DNA from: Bugula neritina
Lineage: Eukaryota > Animalia > Bryozoa
Direction of reading: 5' to 3'
Assembly (NCBI GenBank): GCA_964035545.1
Contig: OZ037766.1
Coordinates: forward strand, 15,800,722 to 15,864,721
Length of the DNA stretch: 64,000 nucleotides
Within the stretch, counting starts at the first letter, position 1. The number at the start of each line of letters is the position of its first letter. Position numbers and translations under genes: made by a program. Positions 12,294-26,562 of this stretch are shown here, piece after piece. Below the pieces are notes generated by a model. That model ran no database searches. It was not told the DNA's origin and worked only from the letters and a program-made list of their open reading frames with translations.

Positions 12294-13896
12294 CAATATT
12301 GATGAGAACATCAGCCCAACCAAGTATCATATTTATGAAACCAAAGCCAACAACATAATGACAGAATGGAATGACTAAATTTAGCACTGCACAAACCATC
12401 ATGCATACCATCAGGATAATCTCAATTTTATGGTGGAGCCTTTCAGCAATGTATCCACCACCTGAAACATCAAATGAAATAGGAATATAGTTTATTGTAA
12501 CTAAAGCTTATGGTAAACTTTATTCCTAAATCTTCTGCATTCTACTGCTATTCCAACACGATTTGGTTCCATTAATGTCACAAAAGACTGTTCATTCAAT
12601 TTCCTGTATTTTATGGCATATCAAAAAAATTGTACCTAAAAAGTATTACAAAAGCTGGCTCTGGTGAAGTATTACTTTATGAGAAGATCGAAACCTTAAA
12701 GCTGTTAAGAAAAACTGTGTTGTAAGATCTTATACCAAGAGTACATCTAGATAAGCAAGCAACACCCTTCATAGATATAGCTTGAGACAGAGCACCATAG
12801 TTTGAGTCTGTTAGGGACATCAGATCTTGAAATGTTGCTCCATTCACTTCTGACCACAAGCCCTGCGCAACAGTATGTTTTTTTAAACACGTTTTTTAAT
12901 TTTAGCAATAATTATCATTGAAGTGTTGCCAAATTGATATTGTAAATATTTCATGGATAATCATTTGTCATAATGTAATCACCACTACAAAATTGTGTTT
13001 TTTAAATGTTCTTAAAAAGTTTAAACATGTGCCTAGTCATAATTAAATTCTTACCATACTGTACCATGCCAGTATAATACAGAGTGTTTTCAATAATTTA
13101 TGTGCTGTTGGGAGTTGCTTTTCCTTAATGGAGTCACCAGTTAGTTCATTATCTTCCATTTGCTTTTCAGATTGAAGGATTGGTGCCTGCAGAGCATTAA
13201 TGATAGACTGAAAACGAAACACACGCACGCACGCACGCACTTTCTCTCAAGAACATATGCATAGATTTACAGTTACCGTGCACACTATTGAAATTGATTC
13301 TTCAATCGATGTAAATTATCTACTAACAACTAACTGTGAAATTAAAGCATTATTAAACAGAAGAAAAAATATTCAGCATTCAGAAAGAGACTCCTATAAT
13401 TCAACATAATTATCACTTTAACAATAAAAAAGCCATGATTGTTACATTTTAATTAGGCTTTCATATACATCGGCATGAGTTTTGCACACATTAACAAATA
13501 AAGTTAACAGAAAAGTTTAGTTTATATAAGTATATTGAACATAATTAAACTACCATAATTGGTAAAACAGAGTTTTTTTTCCAGGCAATCATTTTAAGTA
13601 CAACCTTAAATTAATGTGATAAAAAGTTGGAAAAATATGTTTTACAATTGTTATGTATAACAACTGTATTTTTCAGATTAGCCACTGTCTGTTAATGATT
13701 GTCTATAAGTAAAAAAAGACAGACAGAATGAATATTCAACTATTTTCTTTATTCTGTCAAAAATCTTTTTATTTCTAGTTGTATCTGCTTGATCTATAAA
13801 AGTAAGAATAACACCAACTATACATACAAAAAGAGCTAAAATAAACCATTCTTTTGCCTTCTCTTCAATCCTTTTTAGCTTGTAAGACTCAGACAT
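12294..13896 (-). pseudogene. MFSD4/NaGLT1-like MFS transporter copy A, exons 1-4 only
   Basis: Exons 13896-13858 (GC donor), 13186-13055, 12862-12736 and 12461-12294. All are open and match copy D in phase. No exon 5 found downstream in the window. Confidence 0.8.
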
Positions 13897-14104
13897 TTTA
13901 TATGCAACTGTTACCAGTGTCTGTTTGAGGTTGAAGACCAATTGTGTTGCAAGTCTCTAAAAGTTCTGGCGGTCTGTATAAATTATCATAATATACTTAG
14001 TTCTCAAAACCAAAATTGACTGTTATTTTGAGTAAATGGTTCCTCTACTCCAAACCTTTTCATTTATATAAACTCACTCACACAAGTTGATAGTCACTAT
14101 TCCT

Positions 14105-14270
14105 GTGAGAAAATCTCTGATGGAAAGGCTTTTTGCTAAATCGGGCTAAAGACTTATTGAGATAAGTCACAGGAGTTTTTTCTAACATCACCAATGGCTT
14201 TTGTCTGGGCACAAACCCATGATCCATGCTTACTAGGCAAACGCTCTAACCTCTAAACCAAAACTGCTTC
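14105..14270 (-). mobile_element. Old tRNA-derived SINE-like repeat; related copies at ~36060-36220 and ~55415-55580
   Basis: Minus strand has A-box-like tggtttagaggt and degenerate B-box-like gggtttgtgccc, followed by the shared gccattggtgat motif. Confidence 0.4.
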
Positions 14271-14691
14271 CAAATCTTTTTATTTATATATACTTTCAAA
14301 AGTAACATAAATTAAACTGATAGATTAATAATCTATAATATAATTTTGTAATTTATAGGTGTTTGGAGTTTAGGCTTTGGATACATATGCCGCTTACAGT
14401 TTTTCGAAGCATAGGCTCTTCTGTCTACAGCACTATAATGAATGAGCCAAGCAGCAAAACTTTTGTAAATTTATAGCAGCTTCTTGTCAGAGTTACTCAG
14501 CTAAACAATCAAATGAAAACAAAAAATTAACATTGAATTACAAATACGCTACAATTACCTGTTACAGTGCTCACTTTAGGAAAGATTGATGCTGAATTAG
14601 ACTATAAAGTTTCTGTTGTAATGATATCCTGCACAGTCAAATTTACTATCTATATTCTTTCCAAATGAATGACCAACAGCTAAACTTGAGA

Positions 14692-15225
<534 letters not shown>

Positions 15226-16175
15226 GTGTGCGTGTGTGCATGTGTGCTTATGTATGTATGCAGGTACACTATGCATACATGCATACATACATAAGCATTT
15301 ATGCATGTGTATATGCATGTATTTATATGTATTTATATGTATTTATATGCATCTGTGTAGATGCCTATAGCATGCAATGGGTCAGTAGAATTCTAACAAA
15401 TAGATATAGAATCTGTACTTTTATTTATAGTCAGAGATTATGGGGATGGTATGAATGTGCAATATAAGTGATTAAAAACTAATGTACTTTCAAACAACTG
15501 CATAACATAGATAATTGAATGCACGAAAACAAGTATAAATGATAATGGCAGTGCTTACAAGCTTACAATTATATTATAATTTATTGCATGGACTAAATAT
15601 AACATGTTTTATATTCAATGTCATACCAAATAGAACAAATAGATAGACAGATACACAATTTTGTAAGTATGTTATGGAGAACAAATTACAATATTTTAAA
15701 CCTTCATTAGGTTACAGTTTTGAAAAATCTGTCCCCTCGTGTGCAAGCTATGCTTTGCATTATAATAGGTAAAGCACAAATAATTATTCCGTATCCCAAA
15801 AAAAACGATGTCATAACTCCAATACCTAACATTTCCACAAAGTGACCAATAATGGGCAGGAATGAGATCTCAGCTATACCAGAAGCAATTGAAGGTACCA
15901 TAACTCCAGTAGCGGTAACAGTTATGTAGCGATTAGTCCAAGCAACTCCTGAAGGAAAGGTTGGACCAATAAAAAGTCCCAAACAGCATACAAAGACCCA
16001 CAAGATGATGTCATTACCACTAAAGAAAAACAAGACTACAGCACTAACAAATCCTCCAACTCCTTTAATAAAAATTATATATTTCATATGAATCAAATTA
16101 CTTCCAACAAAACCCAAAATCCGTCCTATTGTAAGAAATATCCAGTAGTTTGTCAAAAAGTTTTTAGCTTTACCT

Positions 16176-18415
16176 TTAATTTGCGACTTAAATGTAATCC
16201 AAACAGGTGTCAGTGATCACTTTATGATTGAATGCTCAATAGAAGCACCCCAAAAGTTTAAAGAAAGTGTAGAAGATAGTTATACTTTTGTGTATCACAA
16301 AATAAATAGAAACGGTTTTGATTCCTCAATGGCAGCCTTGCTCTCAGAAGTGAACTCTCTAATAAACGATGTACAGCCCATTGATACTGTTTGGTCTACA
16401 TTTAGAAATGGATTACATTCGGCAATAACTGACCATGTACCTAAAAAGCAATTTAAACCTAGAAAACATTTTAAACCTGTTTGGTTTAATAAAGATGCTC
16501 AAAGAGCGTGCAACAAGCAAAGAAAACTTTACTCACAATACAAGCTCACAGGTGATTCTGTTTTATTTGACAAATACAAAAAACTAAGGCGTGAAAACAA
16601 AAAACTATTTAAAATACTCAAAAAAGACTTCATGTGTGAAAAGTTATACTACCCATTGGCAAATGGAGACTCGAAACCTTTTTACAGATATGTTAAAGAA
16701 ATTAAAGGCAACAATAACAGTATTCAAAGCATTCAAATTAGTGAAAAGACCAGCTCTAATGATTTATCTGACATTGCTAATACTTTGAACTTGTATTTTC
16801 ACAGTGTTTTTACACCAGCATGTGTGCTCCCAGAAGCTCCGGCTCCAACTGATGCAGATAACATATTAGTAACTTCTGAAGGTGTGTTAAAATTGATTAA
16901 GTCTCTCAAAAATGGTAAAGCTTCAGGGCCAGACTCTATTAGCAAACAAAAGCTACTGCTCTCCCCTGAAATTATTTCTTCCCTATTAGCTTCCATCTAC
17001 AACTATACATTAACAACAGGTACACTTCCATCAGAGTGGAAGCTGGCTCATGTCACACCAATATTCAAACAAGGAAATCGTGAGTTGCCCTCTAACTATA
17101 GACCAATATCCTTAACATCAATAGTCTGTAAAATGATGGAGCACATTATACTTCACCTTATGCAAAACAAATTGAATGAGATCCTGTCCATAAACCAGCA
17201 TGGTTTTAGAAGTCACCTGTCTTGCACAACTCAATTGGCCTGCCTAACACATGACATATTGAGTAATATGGACAATGGAATGGCTACACATGCGGCAGTG
17301 CTGGATTTCTCTAAGGCCTTTGATTTAGTTCCCCATCATCTGTTGATTCAGAAACTTATTGAGTACAAAGTAAATCCTCTTTTAGTAAAATGGATATCCT
17401 CGTTTCTAACCAGTCGTTTTCAGAGAGTGGTGATTAAAGGCCACAAATCTGATGCTGTAGCTGTTACTTCAGGTGTCCCTCAAGGTAGCGTTTTAGGGCC
17501 TGCACTTTTCACACTTTTCATTAATGACATCACTAAATGTGTAAAATACTGCACTGTAAGGCTCTTCGCGGATGACACTATACTATATACGCATATATCT
17601 AAAGACGAAGACAAGGAAAATTTGCAAAATGACCTTAACGCTCTACACAACTGGAGTATTAAAAATTCCATGAAATTCAATGCAACAAAAAGCAACATCA
17701 TTGTGTTTGATAAAAGCCCTAAACCTATAACGCACACTTATTATTTGAGCAACGAACAGTTAGTACAATGTAGCTGTGTAAAATACCTAGGAATCTATTT
17801 GGTACATGATCTAAAGTGGGGTTATCACATAAACTCAGTAGTCAATAAAGCAATGCGTATTTTAGGATTAATCAAAAATGTACTCTATGATGCTCCAGTT
17901 AAAGTTAAGCTCATAGCATACACTACCCTGTGTAGACCGCTTCTAGAGTATGCCTGCGAAATTTGGGATCCTGCACATCTCATGCTAAGCAACAATCTAG
18001 AGAAAGTTCAAAACAAGGCAGTACGTTTTGTAAAAAACTTAAAAGGCTGGGATGTCTCAGTGACCGAATCCAAGGCGGAGTTAAACTTAAAGGCTTTAAA
18101 TAAATCCAGACAAGAACACAGATTCACGCTATTCTTCAAAGTGTTGCAGCATGAAGCATTCTTCCCTAACCTAATTAACACTCTTAACTCCATGAAATCT
18201 CTCCGTAATACCAATATTGGAGACAGTAACTCTTTTAATTCAATATCCTGTAATACTAATAATTTCCTGCATAGCTTCCTCATTAGAACAGCCCGTGAAC
18301 TACGCACGGGAGAAACACTAGCAGACTAATAAAAAAAGACCTGAACATCCGATAGTTCCACCTTTCCCCTATTTGGGGTCTTGGAACTAAATCAAGACAA
18401 GACAAGACAAGACCT
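16176..18415 (+). mobile_element. 5'-truncated CR1/L2-group LINE with uninterrupted ORF2 fragment
   Basis: Open frame from 16176 to 18329. Short 3' UTR, (CAAGA)n tail, and ACCT duplicated at 16172-16175 and 18412-18415. Confidence 0.93.
16224..18329 (+). CDS. Non-LTR retrotransposon reverse transcriptase (ORF2, N-terminally truncated)
   Basis: NYRPISLTS, QHGFR, LDFSKAFD, GVPQGSVLGP, LFADD and KYLG motifs. The APE terminal SDH motif lies just upstream in frame. Confidence 0.93.
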   Translation: MIECSIEAPQKFKESVEDSYTFVYHKINRNGFDSSMAALLSEVNSLINDVQPIDTVWSTFRNGLHSAITDHVPKKQFKPRKHFKPVWFNKDAQRACNKQRKLYSQYKLTGDSVLFDKYKKLRRENKKLFKILKKDFMCEKLYYPLANGDSKPFYRYVKEIKGNNNSIQSIQISEKTSSNDLSDIANTLNLYFHSVFTPACVLPEAPAPTDADNILVTSEGVLKLIKSLKNGKASGPDSISKQKLLLSPEIISSLLASIYNYTLTTGTLPSEWKLAHVTPIFKQGNRELPSNYRPISLTSIVCKMMEHIILHLMQNKLNEILSINQHGFRSHLSCTTQLACLTHDILSNMDNGMATHAAVLDFSKAFDLVPHHLLIQKLIEYKVNPLLVKWISSFLTSRFQRVVIKGHKSDAVAVTSGVPQGSVLGPALFTLFINDITKCVKYCTVRLFADDTILYTHISKDEDKENLQNDLNALHNWSIKNSMKFNATKSNIIVFDKSPKPITHTYYLSNEQLVQCSCVKYLGIYLVHDLKWGYHINSVVNKAMRILGLIKNVLYDAPVKVKLIAYTTLCRPLLEYACEIWDPAHLMLSNNLEKVQNKAVRFVKNLKGWDVSVTESKAELNLKALNKSRQEHRFTLFFKVLQHEAFFPNLINTLNSMKSLRNTNIGDSNSFNSISCNTNNFLHSFLIRTARELRTGETLAD

Positions 18416-21400
18416 GGACTAAAGCAAGCTTGATTTCTTGCGTAAGAGTAAAGATATTTAGAACCAATTCTTTCTCCACTAACTGCTACATAGGCCCAGA
18501 GAAAAAGTAATACATAAAGGAAAAAAGCAAATATTGGATCACCAGGCGCACAAGTATTAAAGTTGAACATATCTTTAATTGATTTTTCACTATTTCTGTT
18601 TGCACCGTTATCTAAAACTTTGTCTTGCTTGCTTTTGCGAAAATAAAAAAAAATCCACAAACAACCTACTAAAGTAACAATTCCTGAAATAATGAAAAAG
18701 CCATATTTGAAATTAGAAGAAGTATTGGTGAGAGTGCTTGCAGGTAGGTTTGTGGTGATATTAGATAACATTGAGCCAGTGCTATTCATGATATCAAATG
18801 TAAAGTTAGTGAAAGGTGGAGGTGCGACTTCACAGACAGAGCCGGTAATTGTCTTCTCATCTTTCGGAAGCTGCTTACTAATGAAAGGTTTCACAATTTG
18901 AGGAACGATAAAGCCACCGACCCCATAACCAACATGAACACTGTGAAGAGGTCCACTGGCTTTTTCTTTCCAAATATCCATGATAATTGTTTGACCAGCT
19001 GTAACAGAAAGTGATGTTCAATTTGTTATGCATAATATTAGTGTAATAGCAAAATAATTATTTAAAGATAATTAATACTTAAAAACCTTGGATTAATAAG
19101 TAGTTATAAGTACTATAGTTGTACACCCAGCAATGGGAATTAGTAGCTATAACTGTAAAAAATTGATTGCATAGTTTCTAAAAATTGAGAACAGCATGCT
19201 GCAATTTACCTAATTTAATAAATATAGGTACGGATGCCTAATTGTATTTAAGTTGTAAGTTAGGGTTACTATATGCATACAGTTTTTTTACAATGTACTG
19301 AGTCAGTGATTTTGCAATTTTTTTACACACCATCATAGCATTTTTCAAGAAATCTACTTTTTACACCCAGTGCAAATAACCATTGTAAAAGCGAAACATA
19401 AACATATTATAAAAATATTACTTAATGCTAGGCTTCTACCCTCTTCTGCGGCAACCACTTCAAGTTTTAAAAAATATTGGAAAATTTATTGATGGTGCTA
19501 TAAAATGAAAATATAACCAATTAACTATACATAATTTTATGAAATTTTATTGAATGCTTACCAATATTTAGAAGAATATTTGCCCAACCAACTATAAAAT
19601 TTATGATGCCAAAGCCAACAACGTAATGGCAGAATGGAACAGCCAAGTTTAGTCCGGCTGAAATCATCACACATACTACTAGGATAAGCTCAACTTTGTG
19701 GTGAAGCCTTTCAACAATGTATCCACCGCCTGGAAATGTAGAGCAATAACCACATACTTTTTAAAAAAATATTTGTGCTAATTTTAATTTATCCTAATTT
19801 CTGAATATATACAGTAGCTATGTACAATTCAGTATACTGCAGGTATATAACCACTATTTTACAGTATAAAAGTTAATGTCTTGCTATGTGGTGTAAAATG
19901 GCAGCCTAAATTTATAAATTGTAATTTTCTAACATGTCTATATTATTAAAAGGAATTTCTTTGGGACATTACGCAAAATATGTTTAGTCTTTAAGTTGTT
20001 AATGCAAATTGAGATGTAAAGTTTTACCCAGGATACATCCACATAAGCCACCAACACCCTTCATGGATATAGCTTGAGACAGAGCACCATAGTTTGAGTT
20101 TGTTAGGGACATCAGATCTTGAAATGTTGCTCCATTTACTTCTGACCACAAACCCTTCAAAACAGTACTAGGATTATTGAAATTTATTCATAAAACCATT
20201 AAAGTGAGTATAATTATAATGGGTAATTTTATTTATATAACTTTAATTTCCAAATGATATTCCTATAATTTAATTAGAAATAAAAATCTTACCATACTAA
20301 ACCAAGTCAGTATTAAAGAAAGTGTCTTCAATATTTTATGTGTTGTTGAGAGTTGCGTTTCCTCAATTGAGACATCAGTTGGTTTATTATCTTCTGACTT
20401 TTCTTCAGATTGTAGAATTGGTGCCTATTTAAATTAATATTTATTATGTAACACAAGCAATGAGCGTTGAGTAATTTACAAATCTGTTGTTGGATTATTT
20501 GGCTTGACAGAGTACCAGAGAAAACTCTATCACATTTTCAAATGTTTTAAGTTATTGCGATTTAGTTTTGACAATTTATAAGTCGCAATACACATTTTCT
20601 CTGCACGCATGAATTAATCATAACTATACCATACCATACCTTTTCCTCCATCTCTTTTAGTTTGTAGGACTCCATCACTTCTGTAGATCTTCACCGTCTG
20701 TTTTGGGGTAAATTTGATGGAAGTTGGTCTTGAACGTTTTCTAGCTCAAGCAACTATAATGCGCATATGCAAGAATTACCATAGTCTGAGTTTTAAGTTT
20801 GCAGTGCTGTGAATAGAACATGACATAAATTTTAAGTGTTAAGATTGTTAGATGAGCAAATATTAGATGATAAAATACAAAGAGGTATAGAAACTTTATA
20901 TCAAAATATATCTTTTAAATTTGGCTGCATCAATTGGATAATAGAATCATCAACTATGCCACAGCAAATAAGTTTTGTATTAATGTCTTAGGCATTGCGA
21001 AAACTGTTTTTGGTCGTTATTGCAGCTTTGACTAACAATTAGAAACGGTTATAACTAATATATATAAAAATATATGTGTTGTTGATTAGAACATTAGTAA
21101 AATAATAATATAAAATTGTGTTTTTTAGTTAAGATCAAAATATCTACAAGTGAAGATTATTCTACAGTTATATTACAGAGAACCTATAATTATTTGAAGG
21201 GTATATTATATATACAATAAACAAAATAAGAGAAGAGAGAAAGAATTATTAAAATTAAGATGAATATAACTTGAACTGCTTGAAGGTGTTTTACCATATG
21301 TGGTATTGCTACCTAAAAGCTGAGAATAAAATGTTATTCTCATGCAATGCCAGGTTAGTTGCATTTATCATGCAATTAATGTGGCTGCATAGGTGAATAT

Positions 21401-21819
21401 GCATCCAAGTTTTCCAGCCAACATACTAGTTGATCACCAAGTACCAACTGTCTGCTTTTAAAAATTGTAGCTACCTTTCTATAAAAAAAGCTATAGCTAG
21501 TGTTGTACTTTACTGTATTATTTTTGTTACGAAACCATTCTACCATGCATTTGGCCACCTTTGATCACTTTTCACCGCCTGTTGTCTTGCGTGGTCTTGC
21601 GTGGGTGGCTGGTTAAACTCATTACTAATGTATTTATCAGTTATTTATTTTTAAATAATTTATTTGGCAATAAACTGTCATATTAGCCACGCACAGCAAG
21701 AGAGATATGCTTATAAATAGTGGTATATTTAGATAGAGCCTTTTTTCCGTAGTAGTTAACATTATACTGGTGCATTTCTAAACTAGAACTGTGTACCTAA
21801 CAATAAGAGATTCCTAGAA

Positions 21820-22675
21820 AATTAGAAGCTTCATCCTTCTAGCTTAGGATATCTGTGTTGTGTTTGTTTGACAAGTGTCTGTCTCTGTTGACAATGCATA
21901 GCATTTTCAGTGCTGGTGTCTTGCACGTCTAGCCATAAGACTTTTAGCGTTGTTATCTGAGTCAAATGAAGGTTTTTTCTCCGTTCAGCACGATCATAGG
22001 AAAGTGTGGTAAAGCTGCTGAGATTTGTATGAAAGTATTTGAGATCTTGCTTTAAAACATTTTTAGACTTTAGATAAGGTCTCTCTGTCTGACGGGATTC
22101 TCTCTGACAATACGTCATGAAGCAAAATGTGTGGAATGCGGCGCTTTGGCGTGCAGTTTAAGTGACCAGCCCAACGAAGGCGAAGAAATTTTAGCTTTGG
22201 GGATAGAGAACCTGAACCTGTGAGTTGAAAAACATCTTTTTTTGTCATCTTGTTTTTCCAGCTTTTCCCAAGAATTTACCCTAAACTTCTGGTGTGAAAT
22301 ACACCGAGTTTTGATTCTTGGTGCCAATAAGTTGCCCAAGTCTCTGATCCATAAAGAAGAATGCTGAGAACCACGCTTCATAGACTCTAACTTTGGTGCA
22401 GATGCTAAGATGTCTGTGCTTCCAGACTAGGTTGTTTAGGCGCCAAAAAACAGTAGCAGCCTTTCCCATTCTAATTAATATTTCTTGGTCAACTGTGTTG
22501 TTCTTAGTGAGAGTAGAACCAAGATAAGTAAATTTATCAACATCCTCAAGCTGATTCTGATTGATGGTAAATGTATGGGTCCTTAGAGATTGTGAGAGGG
22601 TTACAGTTTTCTTCACACTTATGGTTAGTCCAAAAAGATCACACGCATCACTAAAGCTGTTTAAACCTAATAGAA
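21820..22675 (-). mobile_element. Degenerate RTE-clade LINE, 3' portion
   Basis: FSDACDLFGLTISVKKTV, KFTYLGS, RMGKAATVF and LRWAGHL motifs across frameshifts. Confidence 0.88.
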
Positions 22676-25119
22676 ACGAAGGATAGACCATAACTATCCA
22701 TTATTATGCATTGAATATAGTATGATTTGCAATACAAGTACATTATTATTGGTGGTGATGTATGATAGTGCTTGTAGTTCTACTATCAAGTAAAGCTAAA
22801 TGAATCTCTACATAATTTACATATTTTTTATACTTACCTTCGACAGCAAAAACAGAAAAATGATGTGCAATAATTGAATGTTACCATATATGTTTTCAAT
22901 TACAATCTTCCCATGCCCAGCAAGATTGTATTTGTAATTGAACATAGTATAACTTCCACTACGAATACATTGTAACAGGTAGTTATAGTGTGTAATAGTG
23001 CTTGTATATAGGTCAACTCACAGGCAAAGTTAAAAGAAGTTTTAAGCAATTTGTATGCTTACTAACTTACCATCTATATCACCAAAAAAATATGATCTGC
23101 ACTAAGTTCTTGATAATGGAATGCTCCTTTAGATCATTTTAATTACAATCTTTTCACGCCTGGAAAATTACTTTAACTAGGACTAAGCTATAAGCAGCTT
23201 AACTAACTGAATAAAAATAAAGCTTGATACAAACTGTAGGCCTACACAGAATGATTGATTGGGTTTTGGATGACAGGAGTTTAATAAAGCCAGTGAAGCA
23301 TAAGATGAACCGTACATGAAAATGTACAAACATGCCTTCGGCCTTCCTCTTAAACCCTAGAAGGTGATCTATATTTACCACCTGCAGAAATGACTTCTGT
23401 TGCATTCTATCATCAAGATATTTCAGCCGTGTTCCCTATTCTTTTAACTTGTATTATTTTCATACAGCAATATTGCTAAGGTGTTTCCTTCCTCTGCCAC
23501 TGATCTCTAAACCCACTGGGCGTGAATACAACTCCCATACATTATATAACTATAGTTCTATTTCAGATAGGCACTTTTGTATATAGAAATAGAAGATGCC
23601 TACAGCATAGAATACATCAGCAAGGAATGATAACTATCACAGTTCAATTACACTTTTTTAAGATTTTATAGGTTCTTTGTAATTGGATAAAAGTGACAAC
23701 ATGAATGGTATAAATATAGTACATGTATAGCAAATATCTTATGTACTTACTGTATGCAAGTGAAAACAGTTGTGTACTAATTTCACAGCCCTCAAAATTG
23801 CATGATAAACTTTTGTCTAACTATCAATGCAATGATCAACAATTAAAAACAATGAAGGCAGTCATAAACAGCTACCTAACGATAAAGACAATTATAAAAA
23901 TTTACAGCAGTTCGGCAAACTTAGAAAATATTTATATAAGAACAAAAAGTTAGAACTCTGAAATGTCTTGTGTAGGCTACAGAGCTTACTGTTACAAGAT
24001 TACTGTTCCTATGGTTGGCTGTTGATATGTAATATATTTTTGTTCAAACACGATTTTATTGACGAGAAATAGCCTTTTTCAAGCTTTGGTCACCAATTAT
24101 TTTAAAAACAAGGTTGCTTTCCTTTTCAGAACTTTAAACAAACAAAAGTATACAGCTGTAACTTCAGTTCTCACTTTTGTGATTTAGTAGCTTCAACAAT
24201 TGTAATGTTTACAAGTGATGCCTGACCTGTCACCCAGTCTTCGCGAAGGACCTGGTCTACAGCCTTCAAAGTAAGCCGCTCCTCGGCTCATCTGGTGTCT
24301 CTCTATGCCTCATCTGGTGCACCAGCTACTTCTTTAAGCTCAACCTTGCCCTTCCTTTAGGAGAGCATCAACTCTTTTTGAGACCTCACCGCTGCCACCA
24401 ATGTAGTAATTTTGTGCCTTAGTGATACACTAAAATTACGTGGGTTGAATTAGGCTGATGCACCCATGAACATGTACCTTTTGTTTTGGGTGATAATACG
24501 AAAATATTTCAGAATAATTTACTGTATCAGCTTGCCTGCTTGTTTTGGTTGCCTAGGCATGACTACGTACAATAGAAGAACAATTACAAGGTAAGACAAC
24601 TTATATCTCTACTAGCCACTGCAAGTGTGAGAGTTGTTTTATGACCTGGTGCATTATGGTTCCACTCCTGGCTCAACTCACTCTCCTGAAGCATTCTGCC
24701 CCTTATATATAAACAGAATGCCTCGTTCTGAGATGAGCCCCAAATTGGGCATCTGAGTCAAGCGTCTTAACACAGTTTTGGTGTCTGACTCGGGCGTCCG
24801 AACACAAATTGGGCGTCCACATCGGGTTAAATTTATGTATCACAATGCATATCACAAGAGCCAACTCATGCTTCGTTCTTGTTCAGTATTTTAATGTTTA
24901 TTTTTTTAGTTTGGCTTGTTGAATAATTTTTTCCGTTCCGAATACATTAAAAGCTACACGCCTGCTAAATGCTGTTTTCTCATAACACAGACTACAACAT
25001 GCATAAAATTAGATGTTTTTTCCAGGTTAACTATTTCAGAGTAAGCTACAACCTAATGGATGATGTGATGAGTTATAATTAGAAAGTTTATTGTCATGTG
25101 TTAGCAGGTTGAGCAGAAG

Positions 25120-26450
25120 AGGTGCTGAAGGAGAAAGAAACCCTGCGGAAAAAAGCTACTGGCGGAACCCGTGGAGTCTGTGGGACCTGATGAAGGTGAG
25201 CCCGCAACACTTAAAGTTCGTGGTAATCCGATAGCTCAGGACGAGTAGGTGAACATGAAGTTATCTGGTGACAGATTCCGCCTGAAAGCCCCCCTCCCCC
25301 TATCTTCACCGGTAATGATGATGTAAAACAATTCATCTAAGAATTCGGTGATATTGTAGTCGTCTCCCAGTGGCCATTCAGGGATTTTCTCTTACAACTC
25401 CGACTGGCGTTGACAGATAAGGTCAAACCCTATGGGTTAGGAAGCGATGTCGACAGCATCGTTGCTGATTTACAGAACTAGTTTGGCCTCTCAGCCATTG
25501 ATGCCAGGATTCGCTTGCAGGGTTTGTGGTGCACCCTTTGCAAAAACATGACGCTACGGTTGGCACAGATCAAACATAGCAAATTGTCACCGGCTAATCG
25601 GGAGCGCTACACCTGTGATGCTTTTGTGCAGTCGTAGGGCAACCTAGGACTCCATCATCAGTTCTTGGCAACTAGAGTCAAAACGGTCAAAAACGCACTC
25701 AGAGAACGTGAGGTTTACCTACTAGCCAACCAGCTCCACAACAGTCGCGTATGCTCTCACCAGGTTGAGATGGAACTGTTGGGTGCTACACCTGAGCCTG
25801 AGCCAACCGGTCTCGATCCAACACACTATGCGTAGGTTGGGCCCGGCAAAAGGAGAAGGAAGTGAGTCGACAATTCCGCGACTTTTTAGACTGCGACCAT
25901 TATAGAACCAGTGCATAGTGCGTGAAGCTCGCCAGTCATATTAATCCATAAGAAGGACAGGAGTTGAACGTTCTGTGTGGAGAACTGTAGGTTAAATAGC
26001 ATTACCATACAGAACGCATACCCCCTTTCACGTATTGATGAGTCACTAGATACCCTAGCTGATAGCAAGTACTTCAGTACGTCAGACTTGCTTAGCGGGT
26101 ACTGGCAGATCTCCCTGAATCCTGATGCACAGAGCAAGGATGCGTTTATAACGCAGGATGGGCTCTGGAAATAAAAGGTGTTAGTATTTGGGTTGACTTT
26201 GGCCCCGGCCATCTTTCAGAGATTAATGGAGCAGGTTCTCAGTAGGCAACACTGAAAAACCTTGCTCATTTACCTTGATGATGTCATCGTGATTTCCACA
26301 GACTTCACAACTTATGTCAGCCATCTGCGGGAAGTTTTCGATAAGCTCTGAGGCACCAGTCTAAAGCTGAAACCCTCCAAGTGCGCTCTGTTGCAGCCGG
26401 AGGTTAAGTACCTGGGCCATTTTGTTGGCCGCAACAAAGTAAGGGTTGTC
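25120..26450 (+). mobile_element. Decayed Ty3/Gypsy gag-pol fragment (RT)
   Basis: YPLSRIDESLDTL, YFSTSDLLSGYWQI, YLDDVIV and VKYLGH. Many stops. Begins where homology to 5420/38790 breaks. Confidence 0.88.
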
Positions 26451-26460
26451 AGAAAATGAT

Positions 26461-26562
26461 GACCCTCAGATGGGCCCGGCCCTGGAATAACTCGGGGCCA
26501 CAATGTGCATTCAAGATGCCGATGATCGGTGTGTCCTGTAGTTCCCATTGCATAACACAGCT
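26461..26562 (-). rRNA. 5.8S rRNA pseudogene fragment (3' two-thirds)
   Basis: Plus strand gaccctcaga...ggggccacaatgtgcattcaagatgccgatgatcggtgtgtcctgtagttcccatt matches the reverse complement of eukaryotic 5.8S (gaccctcagac...gtgcgttcgaagtgtcgatgatcaatgtgtcctgcaattcacatt). Confidence 0.85.

Larger units (their letters stand above)
15707..20675 (-). pseudogene. MFSD4/NaGLT1-like MFS transporter copy B, complete but last exon interrupted by a LINE
   Basis: Exons 20675-20640, 20424-20293, 20154-20028, 19729-19562 and 18998-15707 with GT-AG sites. Removing 16176-18415 restores CFSPGKAKNFLTNYW, colinear with copy D CFSPSKAENLLTAYW. Confidence 0.92.

Noticed and set aside
7743-12461. Chimeric MFS copy A / FAAH pseudogene transcript
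   Set aside because: MFS exon 4 ends in phase 1 while FAAH exon 2 starts in phase 0, and that exon contains stops
25185-25200. Other CTGATGA/CTGACGA hits (e.g. 1298, 10281, 25188, 53348, 59821)
   Set aside because: No correctly spaced GAAA box with three pairing stems seen; several lie in coding sequence
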